This document shows, in pieces, positions 35,549-48,900 of a DNA stretch of 64,000 nt (its first letter is position 1; every line of letters starts with the position of its first letter). The stretch covers positions 3,968,001 through 4,032,000 of the forward strand of contig NC_135771.1 in NCBI RefSeq assembly GCF_052425735.1. The letters are read 5' to 3'. The stretch is from Oculina patagonica. Its lineage: Eukaryota. The notes beneath the pieces are model-generated. The model did not search any database, was not told the DNA's origin, and saw nothing but the letters and a program-made list of their open reading frames with translations. The position numbers were made by a program, and so were the translations under genes.

Positions 35549-38500
35549 TTACTTTGCCTTCTTTTTCTTCTCCTTTGTTTTACTCTTTTCATCCTGAATT
35601 TCTTCTTCACTCTTTTCACCTGGAGATGCTATTTCTTGGCAGTCAACAGACAGCATTTCGTTAAAACGCGAAAAGGGTGCCAAATTTTCGCGATCGAGAA
35701 ATATATCGGAGATAACTTCGCCGACTCTTTCCTTCGTCAAACTTCCGCCTAGCGTTTTAAACAGCCGCTGTTTTGGTTTAGCAAACAGCAACACCGGAAT
35801 GTTGTCGGGAAAGATGCCAAAAACTTCGCCATATTCAGGATGGCAAGACGCGTTGACCCAGAGATAGTGTAGAGGTTTATCTGCAAGACGTGAAATAATC
35901 ATGAAACCTTAGTTACGCAGACAAACTTCTCCCTAAGTTTTCACCTATTGCCTCCTCCAAAAGACTTGACCCATTTTGAGAGCACTGGGATAAGATATTT
36001 AGATTTTGAGTTTAACGCCCATATCATTTTGGTACAGTATATTTCTATTCCCTTATCAAGATATCTCCACCGGGCTCACAAACTAGCGTTTTTAATCAGG
36101 ATTCCAAGTTTGGGCTCCAGGACACCCGCCCCCCCCCCCCCCCCCCCCCCCAAACGGGGCCCCACGCACTGCGGAGAGGGCTCCAAGCAGCAAAACAGTG
36201 GGACTCCAGGCTCCACAGCGAAAATGTTACGGCTCCCGACTCCGGCCACCATCCCCATTTGGGACCCTGTTAAGGCATAAAATAAATCTTATAGGAATAA
36301 AATGCTTAAAAAACAGCTTTACCTTTCATTTCCGGCATTTTCTGTAGTTCTTTAAACAACTTTAACGCCTTCTTGACCCCTTTCTTCTCCTTGCCATCAA
36401 CAAAGTAGATCAAACACAAACCAAGTGCGGAATCTGTACACATTCTTTTATGATTCTTGAATGTAATTTCTTTCTCCTTAGCCTTGTCTTCATCTTCTTG
36501 AAAACTACCCTCAGACTCCCTATCTAGTACCTCTTTGACATCTTCTACGAAAAATTCCCTCAAGCCAACTTTTCCTTTGAATTTTTTCGCATCGGGGTGG
36601 TCTAGGTAATGTTTCTCGTGGACGGAGAAGAAAAATCTTGTCAAGTTAAGGTACGAGATTTTACCATACTCTTTTGTATCATAATACACTGAGCTAAACG
36701 TGATCCTTGCTTTATCAGCGCTCTCTGTTGCAATCATGACCAGGATCGCTGGAAGCTTTCTCACTTGGAAATTGTGCTTTATCTCTTGACTTGGCTTATT
36801 CAGAACACCAAAGTTGAAAAATTTGGAGTATTTTAGAGCTATGGCACGGATTAGAGGTGATGTGTCGGATTTTTCTGAAAGAGACAATAAAGAAAAATAA
36901 TTACCATCAGAATTGCACATAAACAAAATGTCTATTTATCATCAAAACTCTGCATATTTCAAGCGAAGCTCCCTTTAAGTTGAGTTGCACTCGTTGAGCT
37001 CTCATGAGCTTTGATTGGTTCAGAGAACTGAAAAATCGTGTAACATCTAACCAATCAGAGACAACGTGCCATTTTTAACCAATCAGCAAACCTGAAACCA
37101 ATCATGACACGGCAGGCGTGCGCTTTCCCGCGTTTGGCGGCGGTTGCACGTTCTTGCTTCGCGTTCTGATTGGCCTATTGTGGTATTTGGGTTTGTTGAG
37201 ATTGGTCGGTATGATTCCTTTAGCTTTTGTTTTACCACAGTCATTCTATTTCCGGTTCCGTTTAAGGTGGCTGATAACAGTTTTAGGCATTTTCAAGTCC
37301 TTATACTTTGATAGTTCATTACTACAATTCTTTATCAGTTCCCATTTGATTAATGGTATGACAAAAATTGCTCAATCATTGGTCGACAAGTTGTGACCAT
37401 TTTATTGACATTAATATTTCAAAATATAAGGTGGCGCTGATCCACTCTGACAGAATCTTTTTAAACTTTGCCAAAAGTTGTATTATGGCATACTGATCAT
37501 AACTTAACAATAAAAAAATGCAGGTCACCGAGTTCATTTTTGAGATATTAGCATTGGAGGCTAAAATCAATAGTGTTTTTAACAGGCTATACTGTTGCTA
37601 TGGTAACATCTTGTGTCAAGAAAATGATCACAACTTGTCGACCAATGATAGGGCATTTGTTTCATACCATTTTTGTAATAGCAGTTGATAAAGTTGTTGT
37701 AGTACTGAACCATCAAAGTATAAGGTCTGGAAATTTACTGAAAACAGTTATCAGCCACCTTAATTTGATTACACTCCGGATTTTTTCTTCCCAAAACTGA
37801 AAATCATTAACTGTTACCTGTTAGTAGCAAGACTGGCATTTGTAGAGGCTTAGCTGCGTATCCTCGCTGCACGCACTGCTGTAGTTCCTCCATTGTTTTA
37901 ATCTTGCAGGTTTCATCCGGCAGACTCTCCAGGGCAACATTTTCAGCTTCTGAGCGAGATTTAACGTCCTTCTTTTCGGCTGATTTTATTTTGTAGCCAC
38001 CATAAGGAAACACGCGGGCGACTGGGTACTTTTTATTCTTCTGAAGAAAGCCCTAGACATTTAACAGGAGTAGGTATTAAATGAACAATAGGGTCGCGAG
38101 TTGAAAACAAATTTAAGTATCCGAACGATCAAGTCTTACGGTGCTAAAATATTTTCTCATTCTCACATAATTTCGCGAGTACTAAATTTCGCGATTTTGA
38201 AAAAATTACGAAATTTAAACTCGCGAAATATAGACACGAAAAGTTTAAATTGCGAAATTTAATGCCGTTTGATATCAATAAAATAATAAAATTCAATGTG
38301 CTTTATTACAGTTATTCCAACAAGTCTCAGCTTCATGTTTAGGAGTTTTTTGTTCGATTTTTTTTTCGTCAGTTATCTTCCACTGCATCACTCTCACTGT
38401 ACAAACTGTCCTCTGCAGCTAAGTTCTTCAAAATCTCGCTTGTGCAGTCGTAGATGACATGTACCAATCGGGTATCTTAACTGTGGAATACCTTATGCTT

Positions 38501-39304
38501 TTTTTTGTTTAGCTTGTTTTGTTTGCTGTTTTTTACGATGACGATCATATTAATTATGTTGTTTTCAGTTTGAGGTCAAGGCTACATATTGAAGAATAGA
38601 AAAAAATCGCGAAATTTAATACACTCCAATTCTACTTCCTCTCAAAATCGCGAAATTTAATACTCGTGAAATACGGCTCTTGATTTTTCGCGAAATTTAG
38701 TGAGAATAAGGAATTTCATCTTAAATTTATTTAACTCTTAAATTTCCAAAATGATGAACAACTAATTTCTCTTTTTCAATTCAATACAGCGCCAAGCGGA
38801 CAGTTGATGAGAAGAAAAAAAAAAACCATCAACTAAAAGAAATGCATAAAGAAATATATATTTCATATATTTTTTGCGTAGAGAAGAAAACTTAAATTAT
38901 AAGAGAGAGATAATTTGGCCTTTTATGGACAGTACCCAGCTAAATGAGAAATTCAGCAACTACGATCAATAGAATCCTTGCTCATAAAGACCTTAAAAAA
39001 TAATTGCACAAGAAGCCACAACTCTCACCTTTCTGTTCAAGAACGCACCATCTTTTTTAGGATCGATTATTCCTACTCGCACGAACATTCCTCTTAGGTT
39101 AAACTCGGTTTCTTTCCATTCATCCAGAGAAACCTTTCCAGCTCCTTTGACCGCCACAATCCAGGCATCTTTGTCTCCGTCTATCACCAAACTTTGATAA
39201 TTATCAGCAGTGATTTCTACCAGTTCATGTTTTTTCGACAAGGCGAGTTTAACGATGAAAAATAAACCGAAAAATAACGTTTGAAAACTCGGTAAAAAAT
39301 TCAT
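35549..39304 (-). CDS. Signal-peptide protein with probable redox-inactive thioredoxin-like folds (PDI/DNAJC16-like), at least 4 exons
   Basis: Exons 39304-39029, 38052-37818, 36874-36323 and 35880-35549, GT-AG and phase-consistent. Signal peptide, then LVEITADNYQSLVIDGDKDAWIV, FQVRKLPAILV, CLIYFVD and LHYLWVNASCHPEYGEVFGI..IPVLLF; no CxxC seen. The family call is from motif resemblance only. Confidence 0.75.
37266..37759. mobile_element. Kolobok-like MITE
   Basis: TIR GGTGGCTGATAAC.GTTTT; TTAA on both sides (37262-37265 and 37760-37763). Confidence 0.75.
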
Positions 39305-41568
39305 CCTTTTGAAACAATTACCGATAACAGGTGTATTAAATGTATCGGCTTTAAATATTCGTGCTCGAATTAGAATTCTGACACTGAAAACCTCAACTAA
39401 TTAGCTACAAAGTAACAGTTTCTTTCGACCCTAAACCAAAAACAAGAAATTGCCGTTTCAGCTGAAGGTTTAGCTAGCTACAGTTTTAGTCTGACTTTCA
39501 AACGGCTGCACGAAAGAAAATGGAGAGCCTTTTGATAAAAGGTTTTTTGAAAGCAAGTCTCATTACGTGGCATCAGATAGGTTTACAACAGTTAATCAGC
39601 TGATTAAATAGTTCATGAATTAATTAATGAGCGGTGAATTGTTCGGCGTTTTATACCGTTCCACGTCAGGCTATAACTAACGTCGCTGCAACATGAAACA
39701 ACATAACAAATATAAGTAACTTTTTATTTTAGCAGAAAAACCCTTGTTTAAGTCAGTGGGATGGTGAGACCGAATAAAGTTATTACAATTTAAGGTAATT
39801 ATAAATTTTAAGGCGACTATTGTTGAATACACTGAATAAAGTAAAAAAGAATATGAATATTGATTACATTGTTCTTTTTAGGACTGAAGCGTAATAATTT
39901 TAATGCTTTTAATTTGAACTTTTTGAGTTATGCACTGTATATCTTGTTGTTCGAGGCATAGTGTAAACGGAGAAAAATTAGGGGAAATTCATTAGTGGAA
40001 AAAGAAAGTCGCAAAGACAAAGACTAAGCAGGAACGATTAAATGCGAAGCGCATTTTCCTTTTTTTTTCTCTTTTTACCAATCTGATATGCGAATACTAC
40101 TCGACCTGGTATTAGACATATCTGCCTGAGCCGTACAGTGTGATAAATGTCTTCACCTATTTATGATGAGATGGTACGCGCGCTATAATTAATCAATTTT
40201 ACGGGCCGTTTTCAATCTTCAGTTCGGCCCGCTTCACGCGCGCTATCTTGACTTGAAATGTTTTCTTTCTCCAGACCGAAACATACAATAAGTATTTAAC
40301 CTTGATTTCTCTGTCCGTACTGTAAGACATGAATTATGGTCCAAGAGGCCCACTTTTTCAAGGATCTCGGATGTGTGGGGAAAAGGAACGACATCTACAT
40401 GAAGATAATATTGTGTCTTCGAGACGACTAATAATAATAATATAATAATAAATAATATTTTTCCTCGGCAGGGTTACTTGACGTCACTTACCGTAATGAT
40501 TCGATTTAGCGCCCGGAGCGCTTATTTACTTTTATACATTTTTAGCATTTAAAGTCTCATTTGGGGTTGCACACATAGAAACATACAAATATGTTCTATT
40601 TTTTAAATAGTGTTTTGGTATCTTGTGGATTTCAAAAAGAGCTTGAGCCATGCCCAGATTGGTCTTTATAATTTCAGGTGGTGGCATTTGAACCCACAAT
40701 TCCCTCAGGCTCAGTGTGTGTCTTGATTTAAATATTTACATGAAATAGAGGGGCCTGAAGGGGTAAAATGGGAACTGGGATTTGGGCAAATTTTCATTGG
40801 GGAAATGGGATTTGGGTCACTGGGACTGGGAATTACAGGCAGAAAAACAATAGAACTGGGACTGGATTTTGACAATTTGGGAAAACAGTAAGCTGGGAAA
40901 TGGCTTTTGGGCAAAATTAAGGCTGGGAAATGGGATTTATAACCGCCCCCCCCCCCCCTCAGGATCCATAATATAGGTCCTGCTGTGATTGGCTACCCAT
41001 ATCTTGCCAGCTCAGGATAAGTTGCCTAAAATAGTGTCCTGTAAGAAAAATGGTGTTCCTAATGTCAATGTCAACATTGGGGTTGTGTCAGGAAATAAAA
41101 TGAACCGACAAAACCAAGTCACAACAAGCAACAAAGAGGATTCGCTGTAAGCAACCTGCAGCAGTCACCTAGGATGTTATGGCTGAGTTTGTTTTTCACC
41201 AGAACAAAACCTGCCATTAAATACTGATAAGATATGTAAAGTGCTATAAGAACACAAAAAGACCAAGGAGAACAGTGGAGGGGGACAGGGGGGCGGGAGC
41301 CTGGGAGAAAGGGGGCGGGAAGCAGGAGGAGAGAGGGTGGGAAGCGGGATTCTTAAGGTGGTGGGAACCGGGCGAAAACGAGTAAAATTTTGTAACATTT
41401 CATTATATTTCGCAATGGACATGGAACAAACAGGAGAGAACAGCTACGGAAAGGGGCGGGAGGTGGGTGTAAAAGGTACGGGAAGCAGGAGTAAAAGGTA
41501 CGGGAGGCGGGAGGTTCAGACGCCCCTGTCCCCCTCACAGAACACTGGATCAGTTTTTAGGCCTAGTT

Positions 41569-42102
41569 TTATTCTAATGATTTTGAGGCATAAATAACCT
41601 GAAAAGCAAATCCAGATTTTGTTTTCACAGATTCCATAGAGACATTGATGAATCCTCCTTCTGACAACTTAGCAATGTATACATCTGGTGGCCAGTGAGG
41701 TCCATATTTTAACAATCCTTTGTCAACACTCGCATTCAGTCTGTCTTGAGCAAGTGTTGTCACCATTAAACCCTCTGTTTTCATAACTCTCCTGAGCTCA
41801 GAAATTCCTTTATCCAAATCTGGCCAAAAATAGTAACAGTTGACATGGAACACTCTATCAAAGGAGTTGTCACTATAGGGAAGTTCCATAACGCTTCCTA
41901 AATGAATTTCAAGTTTCTTCCTTTCTATGGAAGACTTCAAGTTCTTTCTGGCTTGGCGAACCTAGTATAAAGGTAAAGAAAGTTCATAAATAAACTTTTT
42001 TTAGCTTGTAAATTTAAATTTTAAATTCTTAGCTTTTTTATTTTTTTATTATATTGTAATGCGCAATTGAAAATTTTTAAATTGATAATTGCACAATATT
42101 AG

Positions 42103-42143
<41 letters not shown>

Positions 42144-43096
42144 ATATTACAGGAACTACTTGTAAGGGAAGATAAGGCAGAGACATGGGTAAGACAGGAG
42201 TGACTGAAAAATGAATTAAAGCCACCCCCACAAAACGAGATTCTGTAACCTAGTTTACCAGGACGGGTACTCTCTATAGTGGACTATAATGGGAGGCTTC
42301 ACCTGAAAGGGCACTGTTTTTAGGCTGAAGTTACATATATAGGTCTATATATCCTGGTGGAAGGCATAAAAAGGGGAAGGGGAGGAATTACGGAAAAATG
42401 CAAAAAAGGAGTCCCCTATTCCTTTTTCTCCTTTCCCTTTTCCTCCATCCTCCTCCCCTTTCAATGCCTGCCAAGCACGCTAGAGGTACATTCTTGTAAA
42501 ACGGTAGGCATTTTGCATGTTGGAGTATAGAAAATGTTCTGTTAAATTTTCTGTGGGGTCCTTTATCAGAGTGAAATAAAGTTCCTTTCAGCCCATGCTT
42601 GACATTTATCAACATTTTTAACAGTGTAAGAGAAATGAAATGGTCAGATAAATTTGGACTAAAGGAGTGTGTTGAAAAGAATTTTTTCATTGACTGAATC
42701 TGGACCTGCCGTTAATTGCTAAGGAAAGCCTGTTGGTGTTTTACTTGTAGAACTCCCTGCTCTAGGACTGTGGTCTTTGTCAAATGGATGTCATGGCCCG
42801 GGGAGGACTACTCAAAAACGTTTTGTAGGGGGAGGCTCCGCCCGAGGTCCAACCCCTTACCCTTTTATATTTAATACCATTTTGAGAGAAAAGGCACCCC
42901 TTTCATATACCTTTTACTGAGAAAAGGTACCCTTTTCATATACCTAAAAGACATGGCATACGCCTAAAACAGGAAGTCTTGATGCCATTTTTAGACACGG
43001 CCTCCATGAAAAGCAGACTTTTCTTTTTTTTGTTATTTGAATTGTTGTTATTAAATTTTTGTAGTTAGTTAGATAGGTAACTTAATTGACTGATGT

Positions 43097-43127
<31 letters not shown>

Positions 43128-45704
43128 TTATCTTATTTTTATGTAGCATTCAATAAATTTAAATGATACATCCATAAGGTGCGTCTGTTTGAAATATTTT
43201 GATTGAAGGCCCTTTTTAATACCTTAATGACCGATAACCCTACCCTTTCATAATTTACCTAAACTTGTGAAATCCTAGACCCTTTTATACACCTGAAGCA
43301 TGAAAAAGGTACCCCTTTCAGGCAGAGCCTCCCCGTATAGGCCATTATAGGGAGTACCCCCCCCCCCCCCAGTGTCATGGTCAGTGGCCTCCACATGTTG
43401 CTGGATCATGTTTGGCTCCATGTGACATAATGAGTTCCACTAGTGCTTGCTTCTTCACTGTACATCAAAGGGCAGTTTTTGCATGTCACTCACTTATCTT
43501 ATGCACCTGCAGCACATGGCTGTATAGCTAGTAAATATTTTTCATGTAGGTCTGTAATGGTATCTACCTGACATCCCACACTATTTATTTAAAATTATAG
43601 ACTTGATTACTTACAACTTGTTTAGACATGTCAATACCATGCACTTTACCAGTGCCTTGTTCCACTTTTTTCAAGGCATTATGTAATCCAACTCCAGGAC
43701 CGAAACCCACTTCAAGAACATTGTCATTAGGCTGAATATCAAGGTGTTTTACGGCTTCTGCCTCTAGGACAACATTATACTTTCTAAGAACTGTCTAGAA
43801 AAATGAGAGTACGGTTATTTAATGTAGTAACAAACAAGTGTATTCTCTACAACCAGGGCCGCAACTATCAAGAGGCAAGACAAGGCACTTACCTTGTCTT
43901 AATATTTTATCCAAGATTAAAAACAAAATATGTTTTTTTTGGAAAATAATCCCAGTTGAACAAGACTGATTTTTCTCAAGAAATACCTCATGAAAAATGT
44001 CTCTGAAAGAGATTCATAGCTTCTAGATTTCAAAAATTTTCTGGAGGGCATGCGCCCAGAAACCACTAGCAAAATTTGCAAAGGTCTGGTTACGGCCCTG
44101 CTACAACCCATTACTTGAATATAATTAATATAGACTAAGATAGGTCTATGTTGGGCCATGCAGTGGCCTATACTACCAGAGCTTATCCCAGTTTCTGTGG
44201 CATTAAGTCACAGAGTATTCTACTCCACCAAGAAGTGATGCTAATCCAAAGCAAGGTCATCTCCCTGCCATGAGGGACTCCCATATGAAAATGTCAGGGA
44301 TACTTGTTGAAAAATTTGAATTAAATCTTGAAAGAAGACTAATCTCAAGCTTCTTGACCCCTTTAAGATATTCCACGCCTGATTAGTCCATACATAACAC
44401 GGTACATGGGAGCACTTCTTATTTCTTCATATGCAACCCTAAATGAGTCCTTGACAACTAACTACCGCAAAACACAAAGTGAGACCAAAATTGCATCCCT
44501 GCTCTGTTCATACGGGATTCCTCCCAGGTTAGTCCCCACCCCCCAGCATGAAATGGTCTTAACTTTGCCGGTACCCATTTTAACTCCTGGGTGAGAAGGA
44601 CTGTGAGAGTTAAGCGTCTTGCAAAGACCCCAGCCAGGGCTCAAACACAGACCATTATTTTGATCTAGAGTACAGCATGTTAATCAGTAGTCCACCGTGT
44701 CAACCAAATAACTTATCCAAAAGATCACCAATTTTCCACTTATGTACTGTATGGGTTGTCTCTTATCAGTCCAAAACTAGTGGACATCTCTACTCCCCTG
44801 CTCCAAAAAAGGAGAACACATCGACTACCAAATTTCTCGCATTGCCTGCCCCCCCCCCCCAACCAAAAGAATAGCCCACTTATTGGCTGAAATAAGTGCG
44901 AAAATAAATACTTTTTAAAATTCAGTAGACAGATACTGGGAGACTTGGTCTGTATCCTAGACACTACTAGACAAACTAGCTAGGAGGGTCTAGGGGACTT
45001 ATCTTGACATACCGGTATATCAGGGCAATATAAATGCATTTAGTCAGTTCATTTTCACATTTCAGCAGAGGCTGAGAGTCTAAAATTAATAAACTTGTAT
45101 AAGACTTGCATAATATAAGTAATCATGGGGTGATGCAGAAATCTTCCCTCCGAAGACCTAGAACTTTTCTTATGCACCAATCGATGTTAAGCCCGAGGGG
45201 GGGGGGGTCGGGCTAACCACAGGAATTTGATCTTGAGGTCAGTCCCCAGGGTAGGGATCTTGATTGTATGTGATGTTCCCAGGGTAGGGATTTTGTTCAT
45301 ATATGATTCCCTGCAACAAAGTTTGAAGGACAAATGACCACCTTCCCTTGCTACCGGGTGGGAATTTTGACTAATTATTGTGTCCCGGGAGGTGTGTGGG
45401 GAATTTTCCTTTTTTCTAAAGAAAATGTCAAAATTCCCACCTCATGCCCGACCCCCCCCCCCCCCCAACACCCTCTGGCTTAACATTGATAGGTGCATTA
45501 TTTAGGGTTTGGTTGTGATCCATCCACATGTGGTTCGCCGAAGTATAGCGATCCACCGAAGTCATATTACGTTGCGACCCCTTCGACAGTGTACAACAAA
45601 TACATCTATGTTTGCCTCACCAATATAAAACGCCCTGTGATTCCTTTTGGTTCTCGAAGATTCTTAGCAATCAAGTTTGAAAACAACTCCACAAACTTCG
45701 CCAT
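41569..45704 (-). CDS. Class I SAM-dependent methyltransferase (Methyltransf_11/UbiE-like), 3 exons, 218 aa
   Basis: Exons 45704-45621, 43794-43615 and 41961-41569, all phase 0 GT-AG. Motif [12 protein letters not shown], then [33 protein letters not shown] and [10 protein letters not shown]. Confidence 0.9.
42106..42141. repeat. (ATT)n microsatellite
   Basis: Read directly. Confidence 0.9.
45173..45497. mobile_element. Harbinger-type MITE
   Basis: TIR TGCACCAATCGATGTTAAGCC / GGCTTAACATTGATAGGTGCA; TTA TSD. Confidence 0.7.
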
Positions 45705-45904
45705 TCTCTTGGGATTACCATCGATTCCTACCCAGGCTTTACGCCAATAGTTTATTGGTTCCCAGGCCTAGCCGAGTGCGAGCTTTGATCACCGGTTTGT
45801 TGAGGATCTTCCGTAATGTAATCAAACTTTTCAGACTCGTTTCTTGGCATTTTTACGACTACAGGCTCGCATCTTTGCTGCTGTGTGATCCAAGGTGTTC
45901 CAAG

Positions 45905-48900
45905 ATGAGTGCTGCACCGTTTACGGTGGAGATGATCTTTGTGTTTCTTCTCACATTGTGTCTTCTTCATCAATATGGAAATTGGCGAAAGCAACACTGG
46001 CTTGTGACCATAGCTGTCTTTATTGCTTGGTATTTCTCGTTTCTAATCGTCTTCATTCTTCCTTTAGACGTTTCAGCGGTAAGTTAAGTCGTTTCTAACG
46101 TTAAACTACCTACCATTACTGTATTTATACCCGGTTGTAGCGAAATGTAAGCTTATTTTGAAACTCTAGTCGACGTCGATTTCATCACATCAATGTAGAT
46201 TTTTATAATCTTAAATTTATTAAGCCTATCTGTCAGCCGATTTTACGTCGAGCTACTGCATAAACTTATTACTAAAGAAAAACAGCGTTTCCATATTTTC
46301 TTCACAAGCAGACAAACTTTATACCAACAATGTTTGTCATATTTTTTTTTATCGTTTAGACTTACTATAACAAATGTTTGAAAGATGCTAAAGTGCACTT
46401 AGTACCTACGACGGCGCCGCTTACAGTGTCGAACTCCTCGAGTAATGTCTCAGAGAGTAACTCAAGCAAAACAGCTCAATCAGATTGTGAGAAACCCTGG
46501 AGTTATTTACCAGAGCAAGTTCTTCCTGATCTCTGGCGGGTTGTTTACTGGTCCTCCCAGATACTTTCATGGTGAGTACTTCAAAGACGTGAAAATGTAA
46601 ATAGAAAATCAGTCTATGCATATTTTAGGATCTTTGACAAATGATCTTCTTGGGATATCATTCACTGCCAGCAACAAAGTGAAGCGTATTTTACAATTTG
46701 TAACAGCAGCATTTGTGCTTGTGCAACCAAAATCGCCAGGAAAAAATTGGAAATGTTTAATCAGTTCTAAGGTTACTATAACCCAGCTTTGCACCTGTAT
46801 GGCATGCTAAAATAAAATCTCATTAACAAAAGGATGAGAAATCTTTTTAAACCAAAATGGTGATTATTAAAGTAATATAAGAAAATCATCAATACTTATC
46901 ACGTGCCAATTTAAAATTATATACACCAGTATTAAACATATTAATTTAAATAGTTTAAAAATCAATTATTGATTTACAGACAGAATGAAATATTTGTCAG
47001 TCTTGATCTGCAGTTGAATCCCGATAATTTGAACTTTCAAGGAAAATCAAAATCAAAAAAGGTTCAAAATATCGGAGTTCTAGTTATCGAGGGTTAAATT
47101 AGTAAGAAACAACCTGGAGGGGAATCGGAAAGGTTTCAAGTTAGTGGGAGGCACGACTTATTGAGGGTTCAAGTTATTGAGATTCAACTGTATTCACGAC
47201 CACTGCTTAGGGATGTAGCTAATTAACCAGAAATTAACTGGTGAAATTAGCCTCGATTTAGCGCCCTCCTTCCAATAAGCGCTCCCTTCCGAATAACCGC
47301 CCCCCTTCGAATGTGTTTTTGTAAATAAGTGCCCCTATTCCAATAAGCGCCCCCATTCTAACAAGCGTCCCCATGCCCCATTCTTAAAAGTGCCCCTTTT
47401 CTAATAAGCGCCCCCTATTGCGGATAACTGCCCCTACTGAAGTCATCGACGTCGAATAGATAAACGCATGATGAACATTTACCATACCGTACATATATAT
47501 ATTTACTGCTAGCTGAACTTTCAACAATTTGCTAATATTTATAGAAGTTTTGTTTTTTGAACATTTGGTTGTTTGCCAAAAGTAAATAAGCGCCCCGGGC
47601 GCTAAATCGAATCATTACGGTACTTCTTTTAATAATTAATAGTTTCTTTACCCCAGATCTGTCTACTTGTTTGTGAGCATTATGAGAAGAAATTAAATCT
47701 TGATCAATCTTGGGGTTAATTTATTTTTCTTTCTTTTTAAGGTTTATCCTTCCTATCATGCAGTCCTACTCATATGCTGGAGATTTTACTGTACAAGGTA
47801 AAATCAAAACAGCTCTGTATGAGAATGCCCTGTGGTATGGCAGCTATCTCGTCATCTTTGGTATTCTTCTGATCTATGTTATTGTGAAGCCTGATCTTCA
47901 TTTAGATGGGTGAGTATATATTGTCTAATCTTGTCTGCCGATAAGTGGTGCTTCCATGAAAATTTAAATAGTTTTAATTAATACATGATTAAATAGGATT
48001 TGTACAGACTGTCATGAAAAACCTGGAAAGTCATGGAATTTTAGAATTTCATTTTCCAGACCTGGAAAGTCATGAAATTTAAGTTTAGGCCATGGAAAGT
48101 CATGGAAAATGGTACTGATTGTACAAAATAAATAAGGCAGGTTATTTTTTGTGAAGAAAAGGTTTGAACCCGAAATCAATACAATTTTTGAGAATTTCCA
48201 AGAAAAATGGTCTAATTTAGATCATGGAAAACTTTGAAAAGTCATGCAAAAGGTCATGGAAAGTTATGGAATTTCAAATGCTCAAGGGATAAGGTAGCCA
48301 TCGTAAAAAACTTATGTTCAACTGTACATTGCATTCACAGGATCTCTAGTAGATGTGGGGTGGGGCTGCTCATCCTCTCGCTTAGGGATGTATAGAGGAA
48401 TTTTGGTCTCACTTAGGGTGTTCAGGACAGATCGCTAATATTTTTCATACCCGATTGTTAGTCAAGACCAATCAGACATGAAAAATGGTATCCTTAAAGA
48501 TGATTTCCAGTCCGTACTGCACAATCTCCGCCTGCAATGTTTGTGAGTCTCACAAACAGGAAGAATGTTAACTAGCAAAAATAAAAATTCCGGGACAAAA
48601 CTTTCCTTTTTCTTCATAATTTTATTAACGCCAGATATCCTTGCGAAACAATAATAACGAGTAAAAGAAGCTCGACGCTATTTCAAATGGACGTTTTAGC
48701 TCATCATGAATTCTTGAACAAAACGATCCGTAATGGCGAACTAAAAAACTTCATGTATGCTATCACCGAAGTGTAACATTTCAACGAATTCAAAACAAAA
48801 ATGAAAACAAACCCTGAGTCTGCGCAGTACAGACTGGAAATCATCTTTAAGGGGTCAGAAAGGCTTGAACCATGCCTACAATGGAGGTAAAATAGTTGGG

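Noticed and set aside
35141-35553. In-frame fusion of the thioredoxin-like gene to the truncated GLUG copy
   Set aside because: The donor is phase 2, the AG at the breakpoint needs phase 1, and it lacks a polypyrimidine tract.
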